A DNA stretch of 64,000 nucleotides, taken from assembly GCA_963702095.1 (NCBI GenBank), contig OY969706.1, forward strand, positions 320,001 to 384,000. Reading direction: 5' to 3'. Within the stretch, counting starts at the first letter, position 1, and each line of letters starts with the position of its first letter. This document shows positions 1 through 10,350 of this stretch, piece after piece. Source of the DNA: Candidatus Bathyarchaeota archaeon. Its GTDB lineage: Archaea; Thermoproteota; Bathyarchaeia; Bathyarchaeales; Bathycorpusculaceae. The notes below the pieces were generated by a model. That model saw nothing but the letters and a program-made list of their open reading frames with translations, made no database searches and was not told the origin of the DNA. The translations under genes and the position numbers were made by a program.

Positions 1-201
1 AACTCGTACTATCCATCGTCTGCTACAGCGTACTTCTATGCAAGCGAAGGAGCCACTCATGCTCCAACAGCTACACCGACATCTGGCGTAGCTACAACCA
101 CTGACCTGTTGACTTACATAACAATCGCAGCTGTCGCCATAATCATCGTAATCATCATCGTCGGCGTAGTGCTCTCATCATCGATAAGAAAACACCGCTA
201 A
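1..201 (+). CDS. 3' end of a membrane-anchored surface protein (partial; probably beta-propeller/PQQ-like family)
   Basis: Frame 1 reads NSYYPSSATAYFYASEGATHAPTATPTSG...IAAVAIIIVIIIVGVVLSSSIRKHR*: Thr/Pro linker, hydrophobic helix, basic tail. Confidence 0.7.
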   Translation, partial: NSYYPSSATAYFYASEGATHAPTATPTSGVATTTDLLTYITIAAVAIIIVIIIVGVVLSSSIRKHR

Positions 202-215
202 ACTAAACCGCTTAA

Positions 216-240
216 ATTCCCATCTTTCCTTTTTTTTGTT
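216..240 (+). terminator. T-rich archaeal terminator
   Basis: ttcccatctttcctttttttttgtt directly after the stop at 201. Confidence 0.5.
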
Positions 241-324
241 CAACAAAAAAGAACCGTTTTACGAGAAAAGAGAAAAAAATTAAGGATGGCTTGAAAGATA
301 TAGAAGAAAACATTCTTGCATAGG

Positions 325-1307
325 CTAAAGTACATGTTTTTCAAGCCAATCTAAGATAGTCTTTAGTGCTTCCGGGTCAAGTTTTCTGCTTGGACTGTTA
401 TAGTTGAGCACGGCATTAGCTCCAAGCTTCTCTTTAGGTGTATCCTCAAATTTCAAGACGTGATCAGCGTTGCCGGGATAAACAAAGGAAACCTCGCTTT
501 TTCCCTTAGCAGCAGCCTCGAGGGCTTTGCCGTCAGCTTGCCAATCAACCTGGACGTTTTTTTGCCTATTAACACAAGAATGGGCTCTTCCACTTTTGAG
601 ATATACTCTGCAGGGTTGTAACTCCATAGTTCCCTTGCGAACGGCAAGTTAATTGGGGCGTTCAGCGAAAGTAGTAGCTGCATTATGCCCTCGGGGAGAC
701 TGGGATCTGGAGTTATGGGGTTACTTTTTGAGAAAGAAGAAATTGCAGCGTCGTATTTCCCCAAGATTGCTTCCTTGTTAGGTAACGCTGCAAGTTGATT
801 GACTATTTGGTTGCGGGCTACTTCACCGATAGATCGTCCTGGGGCACCTGTCAAGACCAACCCCTTGAATTTTACGGTGGCTTGCAACTGGTAATTTAGA
901 GCGTGGATGGCGCCTTCGCTGTTTGTGAGGACAAAAAGGTTGTCTTTGTCCATGTTTTCCCCTTCAACTAATGCTTTAACAGCACCCGATAATTCGTCGA
1001 GATGGCTCTGCATGCTTATTTTACCCATCATTTTTGGGACGTTTTCTTGCACATGGGGACCAGAGGCAAGTTTGTCATAGCGAAGAGTAAGGTAGCCTTC
1101 ATTTGCCAGTGCTTCTGCGAGCAATTTGCCGCTGCAGTTTTCTCCTGGCAAAAGTGGGGAGCACCAGTTCCGGTCTGTTCGGCCGCTGCCTGCCACAAAG
1201 ACAACCGCTGCGTGTGGCTTCCAGTTTTTGGGGCGCGTTACTGTGCCGTGTATGGGGATATTGTTTATGTTCCACTCGATTTCTTGATAATCGGTCATCG
1301 GAGTCAC
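325..1307 (-). CDS. alpha/beta-hydrolase, split by a 1-nt frameshift at about 557-563
   Basis: ORF 453..1307 has VFVAGSGRTDRN, TLRYDK and TNSEG (nucleophile elbow variant). ORF 325..627 supplies the expected C-terminus (VQVDWQADG...NADHVLK with the catalytic His) after an A7 run. Confidence 0.75.
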
Positions 1308-1399
1308 AGATTAAGGAATCTTGCCCGAGAATTTAAGTCTAAGCTGAGGTAGCGAAGTCTATTGTGATTTGATCCGTAGTTAAATTTGGAATTTTGTTT

Positions 1400-1540
1400 T
1401 TCTGCTTGTGGTTTACGCCTCAACCAGCCTGCAATATGTGGAAAAGGCTGAACACAAACAGCAAACCCCACGACCCACAAGAAGATGTTGAGTAAGGGCG
1501 GCACTCTCTTCTTCTTAAACTAGAAAAACGGAAAAAAACA
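1400..1540 (+). repeat. dispersed intergenic repeat family A, copy A1
   Basis: TTCTGCTTG...CAACCAGCC.GCAA...GAAGA...GAGTAAGGG..GCACTC...CTTC..TAAAC plus A-rich tail, shared with 20116, 28850 and 48910 (inverted). Confidence 0.85.
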
Positions 1541-1595
1541 AGTAATTCCAAGCCTCTTGCGATCAGAAGTCTACACACCAACCGTGCAAAAACAG

Positions 1596-1627
1596 CAACA
1601 TAAGTATAAGCTTTTATACGTTTGTTG
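1596..1627. promoter_or_regulatory. palindrome over TATA-like boxes upstream of smc
   Basis: CAACA-taa-GTATAA-gctt-TTATAC-gtt-TGTTG, about 50 bp before the smc ATG. Confidence 0.4.
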
Positions 1628-1675
1628 ATGAATGTTAAAAAAGAACATGTATGCTTCCGTGAGGATAAAGACTAA

Positions 1676-4600
1676 ATGCCGTATATCAAAAAAATCGAGT
1701 TAAAGGGCTTTAAGTCTTTCGGACCCCAAACAGTCAAGGTTAACCTAGACAAGGGGTTCACAGCCATCACTGGCCCCAACGGAAGCGGCAAAACCAACAT
1801 CATGGACGCCCTGCTTTTCTCGCTTGGCGAACTTAGCACGAAACGGCTCCGCGCTGAGAACTCGGCAAAACTGATTTTCCACGGTTCAGAGAGAGGCGGC
1901 TTAGAAAAAGCGAAGATGGCTAAAGTGGTGGTTCAATTCGACAACACCGACGGCTTAATGCCAGTGGACACCACTACCGTGACTATTTCTAGGGAAGTCT
2001 ACCGTAACGGTCAGAGTGTTTACCGCCTTAACGGACGCAGAATGAGCCGCACCCACATCACCGAAACCCTCTCCATGGCTGCCATATCCAGCATGAGCCA
2101 AAACATCATCCCGCAGGGCACCATCACCAGACTAACCGATTTAACTGCGATGGAACGCAGAAGAATCATTGAAGACCTCATAGGCATCGCCCAGTACGAC
2201 TCAGAGAAAACCGAGGCAGAGGAAAAACTCCGGGCAGCCGACATCTCAATTCGCACAGCAATGGGCAGAATCGACGAAGTCCAAAAACGCCTCGATGATA
2301 TAGAACGCGAACGCAACCAACTTCAACGTTACAATTTTATACAAACTGAAACCCGCAAGTTCCAAGCCATCAAAATCTCAAGCGACGTGGCAGCGCAAAA
2401 CGTCAAAATCGCCGAAAGCACCGGTCAAGCCCAAAAAGTGCAGGAACGCGTCGAAAAACTCAAGGAACAACGTGACCTACGCCGCAACAGACGCCACGAA
2501 ATTGAGGGTGACTGGCGTAAACTCAGCGGCGAAGGCTTAGAACAGGGCGGCAGCGAAGTGCTGAAGGTCCAAATAAAAATCGGTGAACTCAAATCCCAAC
2601 TAACCGAGTTAAACACCAAGATCAATTCGGGGCAAGCCAGCCTCGACAGCCTAAAACGGGTAAGCGAAAACAACGTTGCCCAACATGAGACTCTTCAGCA
2701 GGAAATCCGTGACAACCGCCTAAAAATCCGCCGGTTCCGCAGTGAACTCGAAAAAGTTCAGGCAGAGTTGGCTGAGAAGCAGGTGCAGCATGAAGCTTTA
2801 GCAAAGGAAACCGCCTTGCTTTGGGAGGGCTTAGACGGCAACAACCAGCAAATACGCCAGTTTGCTGGGCAAACCGAAGGTTACGTGCGGAGACTGGCGT
2901 TTTTGCGTTCAGAATACAAGCAGGACAAAGCTGCACTGCGGCTCTGTGTGGGTAGAATCAAAAACCTCACCGTCCGCAAAGAAAAATTCGTAACAAGCCA
3001 CACAGAAATCGAGAAGTCGCTTGTTGAACTCGAGCAGGTGCAACGTGACCAGAAAGCCCAGCTAAAAAACCTCGAGCACATCATAGAAAAAAAGAAACTG
3101 CAGAAAGAAACTGTTGAAAAAGAGATTGCTGAAGCAGAGAAGATTGCGATTTCAGCCAAAGAAGCCGTCGTCGAATTCGCCACGCAGCGAGACCTTGCAG
3201 CAACCATAGCGGCAGAGGAAAAGGCGCTCCGTAGCATTGAGGAAATGGGCAATGTAGGCGCCATCAACGGTATCCATGGTAGACTCCGCAATCTCATCAA
3301 AATTGACAGGAGCTACAAGAAAGCCATCGAAGCCGCCGCCACAGGCTGGCTCGACGCCCTCGTAGTCAAAGACATCGATGTTGCTTTCACCTGTGCGGAG
3401 ACACTTCGGCGCATGAAGCTGGGCAGAATCAAAATCATCCCTCTCCAGGGCGCCATTAACTCCAAGAATAAGCCTGTGCCCAAACGGGAAGGCGCCTTGG
3501 GTTCCCTCTTGGGCTTCATGAAGTACGAGGGCAGCTTCGATTTAGCTGTTAACTATGTTTTTGGCGACACCATCGTAGCCGCCAACGACAAAGTCGCCTT
3601 CGGATTGTCCAACGAGGGGTATCGCGCAGTCACAGTTAACGGCGACCTCTATGAACCCGGCGCATTCGAAAGCGGCTACTACCGCGCCCCAATCGACTTC
3701 TCCACAATCATCCCAAGCGAGAACGCGCTCAAAAGCCTCGACGAAGCCGTTAAAGCCCTACAAACCCACCTAACCCAGCGGGGCAGCGACATCGCAACAA
3801 TTGAGGAAGACCTTGGCCACGCCCGAATCGAGATGACCCGCCTGACCGAGGGCATCGCCACTTTGGAGAGGGAACTCATCAGGGTTCGCCGGGGTGTTAA
3901 ACGTGCACAGTTTAACATTCACCACATTGACAAGTACGGCGGCAAACTGGAGCGTGAAGCAGCTGTATTTCGCGGGCGCATGACGGTTTACCGTAATGAA
4001 CGCAACAACATCCAGGTTAACCTCAAAAAAATCCATACCCAAATCGCTGAGCTCAGATTGAAAACCGACATGGCTCATATTCAGGAGCTTGAAGTGCAGC
4101 GGGAAAAATTCGGTGAAGAAGCCAACACACTGCGTCAACGCATCGGTTCCCTTCAAACAGAAATCAACACTAACCAATCCCAATTCGACCACGTACTACG
4201 GGGCGGCTACAAGAACACCAAGATTCAGGTGACTAAAATTGTGCAGCAACAGGAAAAGCTGCAGAAAGAAGTCGCTGACGCCGTGGCTGAACGGGATGCC
4301 GTCAAAAAGGAAGCGGATGAACTCGAGAAGCGTCGAGTAGAGCTTTCTAATGCTGTGCTGTCGGCTCGCGAGGAATCCAAGAAATTCACTTCACAAATAG
4401 ACTCCATAGACGCGGAACTACGTACCTTAGACGTTGAGTATGAGCAGGCGGATAAGCTGAGGAACCAGTTGCATGTGAGCATGGAAACCGCGCAGCTACG
4501 GCTCCAGCAGCTTCAAGCTCAACTCAAACAGTACGGCTACGAGCAACCGCTTGAGGTAACCGGGCGGCAGGTGCAAAACGCTGAAACAACCGTTCGCATG

Positions 4601-5230
4601 ATGCAGTTTGAAATGGACCGTATCGGAGCCATCAACCAACTTGCCGCACAGCACTACGCCGACCAAATCAGCCGTTACCGCGAGCTTTCGGTGCGCCTAA
4701 ACGAGTTGGAACGGGAAAAACAAGCCATAGTCGCGTTTATGGATGAAATCGAAGCCAAAAAACGCAGGGTCTTCATGAATGCGTTTGACAAGATTAACGC
4801 TAGCTTAACCGTGTACTTTGAAAAGTTGACTGGCGGCGGCAGTGCTACTCTCAAACTGGAGAGCCCCGACGAACCCTTCTCCGGCGGCATAGACATGATT
4901 GTTCAGTTCCCCAACAAACCCAGCATCGTTGTCAGCGGAGCCAGCGGCGGCGAACGCTCCATATCTGCGGTGGCGTTTATTTTTTCGCTTAAAGAGTTCT
5001 CGCCTGTCTCATTCTTCATTCTCGACGAAGTTGACGCCCACTTAGACGCTTTCCATACCACCAAACTTGCCGAAACGCTGCTTGAGGAAGCAGGTAAAAC
5101 CCAGTTCATAGTCATAAGCTTACGTCCCGAGATGGTTAACAAAGCCCAGAAAGTCTTTGGTGTCTATGAACGCAACGGCATCTCTAACGTTGTGACAGCT
5201 AAATTCCCAGCGGAGGCGCCTGCTGCATAA
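1676..5230 (+). CDS. smc: chromosome segregation protein SMC
   Basis: GFKSF, Walker A GPNGSGKT, long coiled coils, hinge domain, signature SGGE, Walker B LDEVDAHLD. Confidence 0.97.
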   Translation: MPYIKKIELKGFKSFGPQTVKVNLDKGFTAITGPNGSGKTNIMDALLFSLGELSTKRLRAENSAKLIFHGSERGGLEKAKMAKVVVQFDNTDGLMPVDTTTVTISREVYRNGQSVYRLNGRRMSRTHITETLSMAAISSMSQNIIPQGTITRLTDLTAMERRRIIEDLIGIAQYDSEKTEAEEKLRAADISIRTAMGRIDEVQKRLDDIERERNQLQRYNFIQTETRKFQAIKISSDVAAQNVKIAESTGQAQKVQERVEKLKEQRDLRRNRRHEIEGDWRKLSGEGLEQGGSEVLKVQIKIGELKSQLTELNTKINSGQASLDSLKRVSENNVAQHETLQQEIRDNRLKIRRFRSELEKVQAELAEKQVQHEALAKETALLWEGLDGNNQQIRQFAGQTEGYVRRLAFLRSEYKQDKAALRLCVGRIKNLTVRKEKFVTSHTEIEKSLVELEQVQRDQKAQLKNLEHIIEKKKLQKETVEKEIAEAEKIAISAKEAVVEFATQRDLAATIAAEEKALRSIEEMGNVGAINGIHGRLRNLIKIDRSYKKAIEAAATGWLDALVVKDIDVAFTCAETLRRMKLGRIKIIPLQGAINSKNKPVPKREGALGSLLGFMKYEGSFDLAVNYVFGDTIVAANDKVAFGLSNEGYRAVTVNGDLYEPGAFESGYYRAPIDFSTIIPSENALKSLDEAVKALQTHLTQRGSDIATIEEDLGHARIEMTRLTEGIATLERELIRVRRGVKRAQFNIHHIDKYGGKLEREAAVFRGRMTVYRNERNNIQVNLKKIHTQIAELRLKTDMAHIQELEVQREKFGEEANTLRQRIGSLQTEINTNQSQFDHVLRGGYKNTKIQVTKIVQQQEKLQKEVADAVAERDAVKKEADELEKRRVELSNAVLSAREESKKFTSQIDSIDAELRTLDVEYEQADKLRNQLHVSMETAQLRLQQLQAQLKQYGYEQPLEVTGRQVQNAETTVRMMQFEMDRIGAINQLAAQHYADQISRYRELSVRLNELEREKQAIVAFMDEIEAKKRRVFMNAFDKINASLTVYFEKLTGGGSATLKLESPDEPFSGGIDMIVQFPNKPSIVVSGASGGERSISAVAFIFSLKEFSPVSFFILDEVDAHLDAFHTTKLAETLLEEAGKTQFIVISLRPEMVNKAQKVFGVYERNGISNVVTAKFPAEAPAA

Positions 5231-5955
5231 TGGCGGCGAACACCCAGACCTCCATGATGCGCCGACCCTTCTATCTGCGGCCACCCTGGAACATCCTCTT
5301 CGAAATCAGCAAACTTGAAAAACTAACCCCCTGGAACGTTAACATAGCGTATTTGCTGCGCTCTTTCTTGTCTGAGATGGAGAAGAGTGGACCTGAAAAA
5401 GTGGATTTCCGAGCCTCAGGCGTCGCCTTAGACTCTTCGGCGCTGATTTACCTCATGAAATCCAAACTGCTCTTGACACTGCAGGAGCCGCCATCTGCGC
5501 CGCTTAAGGTGCCGACGGATTTTGTGCCGCCGCCCTTGTTCCTGCCGCTTCGCCACGAATTAACTTCAACAACCATTCAGCATCTCCTCGAAGTCCTCGA
5601 CGACGTACTCAAAGGCGAAAAACTCCTAAGTCTCCACCCTGTGGTCGAACAGCACCCGGTTCTTCCAGCGGTCACTGATCTCTTGCCTAAATTTGACAGG
5701 TTCATCGCTGAATTGGAGATGCAGGTTGACCAACTCTACGCAACCCTAGTTGAGAAAACTGGTGGACAAGGAATCATTGACTTCACCACCTTATCCAAAG
5801 GCGCAACTCGCATCGAAGCGCTAAGAATGTTTATCTATTTACTTTTCCTTGCCCAGGACGGATTAGTTAGCCTGTGGCAGAACGAGGAAACCGAAGAACT
5901 CTACATAGCAGTGGGGAACCTAAAAGTTGGAAAAGCCGAACGACCAACCAGTTAA
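5230..5955 (+). CDS. scpA: kleisin ScpA
   Basis: PWNVNI..L..FL N-terminal motif, C-terminal FIYLLFLAQDG winged helix; start overlaps the smc stop. Confidence 0.85.
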   Translation: MAANTQTSMMRRPFYLRPPWNILFEISKLEKLTPWNVNIAYLLRSFLSEMEKSGPEKVDFRASGVALDSSALIYLMKSKLLLTLQEPPSAPLKVPTDFVPPPLFLPLRHELTSTTIQHLLEVLDDVLKGEKLLSLHPVVEQHPVLPAVTDLLPKFDRFIAELEMQVDQLYATLVEKTGGQGIIDFTTLSKGATRIEALRMFIYLLFLAQDGLVSLWQNEETEELYIAVGNLKVGKAERPTS

Positions 5956-5999
5956 AAAAAGTGCGGTAACACCTCAGGCACCTAAGGCCGCTCGAACAG

Positions 6000-6680
6000 G
6001 TGACGGCCGCGCAGACTATGCTCCCCGAAGCCACAGAGTCTGCCGTGGAAACTACCGATCGCAAACTGCACAGCCTAAACCTCCTCGAAGCAGCCCTCTA
6101 CGTCGCAGGACGCCCACTTGATATAAACGAACTGTGCCAGGCAGTGGGCAGCCGGAGCAAAAAACGTGTCATCGGCTACGCGCAGACCCTTATGGAGCAG
6201 TACAAAGCCCGTAACAGCCCCATGGAGATACTAGCGCTCAAAGACGAACGCTACGTCTTGCAGGTCAAAGCAGAATTCACGCCGCTCATCAAGAAACTTG
6301 TCAACCGTCCCCTGCTCTCATCAGGACCCCTCAAAACATTATCCTACATTGCCTACCGCCAACCCATCACACAGAAACGCGTCATCGACGTCCGAGGGCA
6401 ACACGCCTATGGACACGTAAAATTGCTAAAGGACATGGGTTTGATCATGTCTGAGCGGAGTGGGCGGTCGTTGGCTTTGAAGACCACCGATTACTTTGCC
6501 GATTACTTTGGGTTAACTCAGGATATGACTGTGCTCAAGAAGGATCTGCGCAGGATTTTCGGCGACGCCATCAAAGAGGATGCGGTTGAGAGAGCGCAGA
6601 GGGAAGCTGAGGAAGAGCAGCAGGCAATGCAGGGCCCGCAGGAGCCTCAGGAAAACCAAGAAGAAACCAAGCAAGCCTAG
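6000..6680 (+). CDS. scpB: SMC-Scp complex subunit ScpB (start uncertain)
   Basis: LEAALYVAGRPL, LKTLSYIAYRQPIT, RG...HVK.L, TT..FADYFGL. Confidence 0.92.
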   Translation: MTAAQTMLPEATESAVETTDRKLHSLNLLEAALYVAGRPLDINELCQAVGSRSKKRVIGYAQTLMEQYKARNSPMEILALKDERYVLQVKAEFTPLIKKLVNRPLLSSGPLKTLSYIAYRQPITQKRVIDVRGQHAYGHVKLLKDMGLIMSERSGRSLALKTTDYFADYFGLTQDMTVLKKDLRRIFGDAIKEDAVERAQREAEEEQQAMQGPQEPQENQEETKQA

Positions 6681-6698
6681 ACGCTGCTTTCAGTGAGG

Positions 6699-6880
6699 GT
6701 ACATGTTTCCACACTTATATGCTGTCCGCTTCAACATAGAGCCATGCAGAGCATGTGGAAGAAAAACGTTTATCCCACATCGAAAAAGACGCAAAGAAAC
6801 AACCCAAACACAAAACACAACCGCATCCACACGCCGTCTTGTGACAGACTATAAATCGTCACACCCAAATAAAGAAAAAA
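6699..6880 (+). repeat. dispersed intergenic repeat family B, copy B1
   Basis: CCATGCAGAGCATGTGGAAGAAAA...TCCCACA..GAAA.AGAC...TCTTGTGAC..GTCACACCCA.ATAAAGA, homologous to the reverse complements of 43625-43935 and 60673-60997. Confidence 0.8.
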
Positions 6881-6904
6881 GAAGACTTTTGTGTAAAAAA
6901 AGAG

Positions 6905-7714
6905 TTAATGCGAAAACAGCTTCGCATAGGGTCTGCTTGACAGCGGCAGGATCTTTTTGAATTTGTGGTTGAGGATGGCTTTTGGGTCGCCGCCAAAGTA
7001 GCTACAGTACTCATTAACCAAGTGTGTGATGACTGCCATGTCCCGTTTGCCCACGTCCTCGGTTTTTGTGCCTTCGACTGGGCAGAGGAATTCGCCACGT
7101 TCATAGATGACGCCGCCATGCATGCCTGTGCCGACGAAGCGTGCAATGCATTTTTCGCCTTCTTTTAGGTTTAAGCCCAAAATGCAGATGACTCCGCCAG
7201 CCATGTACTCAGCGAGGAAGTCGCCTGCGGTTTCGCCGATGACTATGGTTGGCACCTTCTTTTGGTACTGTTTCATGTGGATGCCGCCTCGGTAGCCAAC
7301 GTAGTCTTTGACGAAGATTTTGCCGCCTCTAATGCTGTGGCCGGTGACGTCGCCTGCGTGTCCATGGATGATGATAGCGCCTTCGTTCATGGTATTGCCG
7401 CAGCCGTCTTGTGCGTTGCCGTGGACGGTTACTTGGGGTCCATTCATGAATGCGCCTAAGTCGTTGCCGGGTGTGCCATAGAGGTCAATGGGTACTGTGG
7501 TGTTTAAGTCGGTGCCTATGTAGCGTTGTCCACAGACGTTATGGACTTCGATGCGTTCTATGCCTTCACGTTGTATGACTGCGCGGAGGATAGCGTTTAG
7601 GTCTCGGTAGTACATGTCGCAGGCGTCAACTTTGACGGTTTTGCCTTCGACTGTGACACGTTTCTCGTATTTGGGGTCGATTGTTTTGGGGTTAATTCTT
7701 TCTGGTACCTGCAT
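6905..7714 (-). CDS. glutamate synthase GXGXG (beta-helix) domain subunit
   Basis: GQRYIG, GTPGNDLGAFM, GNAQDGCGNTM, GDFLAEYMAGG, GTGMHGG. Confidence 0.9.
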   Translation of the reverse strand: MQVPERINPKTIDPKYEKRVTVEGKTVKVDACDMYYRDLNAILRAVIQREGIERIEVHNVCGQRYIGTDLNTTVPIDLYGTPGNDLGAFMNGPQVTVHGNAQDGCGNTMNEGAIIIHGHAGDVTGHSIRGGKIFVKDYVGYRGGIHMKQYQKKVPTIVIGETAGDFLAEYMAGGVICILGLNLKEGEKCIARFVGTGMHGGVIYERGEFLCPVEGTKTEDVGKRDMAVITHLVNEYCSYFGGDPKAILNHKFKKILPLSSRPYAKLFSH

Positions 7715-7718
7715 ACTT

Positions 7719-9230
7719 TTACTCTCCTGCCATTTTAACGCCCAAGATCCCTAGCTCCTGCTTGGTTAAGCCGACGCCTCGAAGTGCAAGTCGGTTGCCG
7801 CGGAGGCTTTCTATGGCGTTTATGCCCATGCCGCCCATCATGTCTTTAATTTCGTGACTCCAACTGTGCAGCATGTTGATTAGGCGTTGGGATGCAACTT
7901 CGGGGTTGACGCGTTTGCCAATCCAGGGATCGCTTGTGGTGATGCCCCATGGGCATTTGCCTGTGTAGCAGCGTTGGCAAACTGTGCAGCCGATGGCGAC
8001 AAGCGCCGCTGTGCCAATGTAGACTGCGTCGGCGCCCAAAGCGATGGCTTTGAAGACGTCTGAGGCACTTCGGATGCCGCCTGCAGCGACGATGGAGGCT
8101 CGGTTGCGGATGCCTTCGTCTCTTAGGCGCTGGTCAACCTGTGCCAATGCGAGTTCGATGGGTATGCCGACGTTGTCACGGATGGTTTTGGGTGCTGCAC
8201 CGGTTGCGCCGCGGACGCCGTCCATGGCAACGATGTCTGCGCCTGCCCGTACAATACCGCTTGCTATTGCGGCGATGTTGTGGACTGCCGCGACTTTGAC
8301 GCTGACGGGTTTGGTGTAGTTGGTGGCTTCTTTGAGGGCGTAGATGAGTTGGCGGAGGTCTTCGATTGAGTAGATGTCATGCTGTGGGTAAGGCGACAAT
8401 GCGTCGGTGCCCGTTGGTATCATGCGGGTTTTGGCGACGGGTTCGGTGACTTTTTCGCCTGGCAAGTGGCCGCCGATGCCTGGTTTGGCGCCTTGACCGA
8501 TCTTGATTTCGACCGCTGCTCCCGCGTTAAGGTAATTGGGGTGAACGCCAAATCTGCCTGAAGCAACCTGAACGATGGTGTGGTCGCCGTATTGGTAGAG
8601 GCTTTGGTCTAAGCCGCCTTCGCCTGTGTTGTAGTAGGTGCCGCATTCGCTGGCTGCCCGCGCCAAAGCTGCGTGGGTGTTTAGGCTAATGGCGCCATAG
8701 GACATGGCGGAGAACATAACGGGGGTGTCGAGGCAAAGCTGCGGGGCAAGCTGTGTTTTGAGTTCTGGGGCACCGTTTTCGTAGTTGATGTCAAGTTTGT
8801 CGGGTTTGGCTCCGAGGTAAGTGCGGATTTCCATGGGTTCACGCAGTGGGTCGATGCTGGGGTTGGTGACTTGGCTGGCGTTTAGCAGCAATCTGTCCCA
8901 GTAGGTGAAGGCGGGTTTGTCGTTGCCCATGCCTGTGATTTGGACAGTGCCTGTTTCGGCTTGTTTTTTGAGGTCGCGGATGGCTTCGGCTGTCCAGTTG
9001 GCGTTTTCACGGTTTGCGTTGGGGTTCTTTTTGATGGTTATGGCGTTTGTTGGGCAAAACGTGACGCAGCGTTGGCAGTTGACGCAGTTGGCATCTTTGC
9101 TAACTATGCTGTCTGTTTCTGGGTCGTAGCTGTGGGTTTCATAAGTGCATTGGTTAACGCAGACTTTGCAGCGTATACAACGATTAGTGTCGCGTTCGAC
9201 GAGGAATTCGGGAATTAAGTATGTTTTCAT
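7719..9230 (-). CDS. archaeal glutamate synthase FMN-binding subunit with N-terminal 2x[4Fe-4S] domain
   Basis: CIRCKVC and CVNCQRC..CP, AMSYGAIS, NTGEGG, QVASGRFGV, EIKIGQGAKPGIGGHLPGEKV, CTVCQRCYTGKCP. Confidence 0.95.
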   Translation of the reverse strand: MKTYLIPEFLVERDTNRCIRCKVCVNQCTYETHSYDPETDSIVSKDANCVNCQRCVTFCPTNAITIKKNPNANRENANWTAEAIRDLKKQAETGTVQITGMGNDKPAFTYWDRLLLNASQVTNPSIDPLREPMEIRTYLGAKPDKLDINYENGAPELKTQLAPQLCLDTPVMFSAMSYGAISLNTHAALARAASECGTYYNTGEGGLDQSLYQYGDHTIVQVASGRFGVHPNYLNAGAAVEIKIGQGAKPGIGGHLPGEKVTEPVAKTRMIPTGTDALSPYPQHDIYSIEDLRQLIYALKEATNYTKPVSVKVAAVHNIAAIASGIVRAGADIVAMDGVRGATGAAPKTIRDNVGIPIELALAQVDQRLRDEGIRNRASIVAAGGIRSASDVFKAIALGADAVYIGTAALVAIGCTVCQRCYTGKCPWGITTSDPWIGKRVNPEVASQRLINMLHSWSHEIKDMMGGMGINAIESLRGNRLALRGVGLTKQELGILGVKMAGE

Positions 9231-10348
9231 TACTGTTCACCTTTGATGTTTTTCAGTCGGCAAATTACTGGTTCGCCTCCTCTGGGTGCCCAAAACTTGT
9301 CCAGCACAGGAGTAACTCGCCGCATAGCGGATTCCTCAGACGAGAGGTACATCATGTCGCCTTTGCTGCCCGCAACCATCGGACGCAGTTTAATGCGGTC
9401 GGTTAACCCAATCATTTCATTGCGGTTAGCGATGACGATGCTAAACGGCCCATTCATCAGTAAGCTGCCATATGTTTGGCGTAGCGCCCCCAGTAACGCT
9501 GCCTGTTTGGGTTCCATAGTGTCGATTTCACTCCATAGCGGCGACGCAAACACCTGCGCAACCAACTCCACCGGCAAATGCTGCCGACGCATCAGCAAGT
9601 CCACTGCGTACGCGAGGACTTCAGTGTCAGTTTGCATGGTGCATTTGTAACCGTGCATTTCGAGGAAACGGCGGTTGATGCCGTAGCTGGAGAGTTCACC
9701 GTTGTGGATGACGGTCCAGTCTAAGATGTTGAATGGGTGTGCTCCGCCCCACCAGCCCGGTGTGTTGGTTGGGAACCGGCTGTGGCAGGTCCAGAGGTAA
9801 CCTTGATAGTCGTCTAAGCAGAAGAATTCAGCAACATCCTCTGGGAAACCGACGCCTTTGAAGACGCCCATGTCTTTGCCGCTGCTAAACACGAAGGCTT
9901 TGCCTGTTTCAGTGTTGATGCGCATGACGGCTTCGATGACGTAGTCTTCTTCTGTTTGGTGTTCAGGGCGGCGTTTTTTAGGTTTTACGAAGTAGCGCCA
10001 AACCGTTGGTGGGTTATGGACGTTGGCATTTGGGTTGGTTTGCATTTCTTCGTCGTATACTATTTCGAATCGAGATGCAAGTATATGGTCTGTTTTTTCT
10101 TTAGCGTCTCTACTCAAATACATGATGTGGAATGCATAGTAGTCTTTGAATTGAGGATAGATGCCATACACTGCGAAGCCGCCGCCGAGTCCGTTGCCGC
10201 GGTCATGCATGTTTACCATGGCGCGGACGGGGTCTTTGCTGCCGAATCGGTTGCCAGCGGTGTTCATGGCGGCGTATATGCCGCAGGCTGAGAAGTCTTT
10301 GTCGTCGCCGTAGGGGTTGATTATTGTTTTTTGGTCGTATTGGTTCAT
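9230..10348 (-). CDS. glutamate synthase class II glutamine amidotransferase subunit
   Basis: ACGI, MHDRGNGLGGG, HSRFPTNTPGWWGGAHPF, HNGELSSYG, TDTEV, DRIKLRP. Confidence 0.92.
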   Translation of the reverse strand: MNQYDQKTIINPYGDDKDFSACGIYAAMNTAGNRFGSKDPVRAMVNMHDRGNGLGGGFAVYGIYPQFKDYYAFHIMYLSRDAKEKTDHILASRFEIVYDEEMQTNPNANVHNPPTVWRYFVKPKKRRPEHQTEEDYVIEAVMRINTETGKAFVFSSGKDMGVFKGVGFPEDVAEFFCLDDYQGYLWTCHSRFPTNTPGWWGGAHPFNILDWTVIHNGELSSYGINRRFLEMHGYKCTMQTDTEVLAYAVDLLMRRQHLPVELVAQVFASPLWSEIDTMEPKQAALLGALRQTYGSLLMNGPFSIVIANRNEMIGLTDRIKLRPMVAGSKGDMMYLSSEESAMRRVTPVLDKFWAPRGGEPVICRLKNIKGEQ

Positions 10349-10350
10349 GT

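Noticed and set aside
2020-5142. Numerous long antisense ORFs inside smc (likewise in ths, infB and leuA/cimA)
   Set aside because: Shadow ORFs caused by codon bias on the coding strand; no motifs or ribosome-binding sites.
5927-6000. Possible longer ScpB N-terminus in another frame (MEKPNDQPVKK...)
   Set aside because: Low-complexity, non-conserved region; a further indel cannot be distinguished from a true start at 6000 or 6018.
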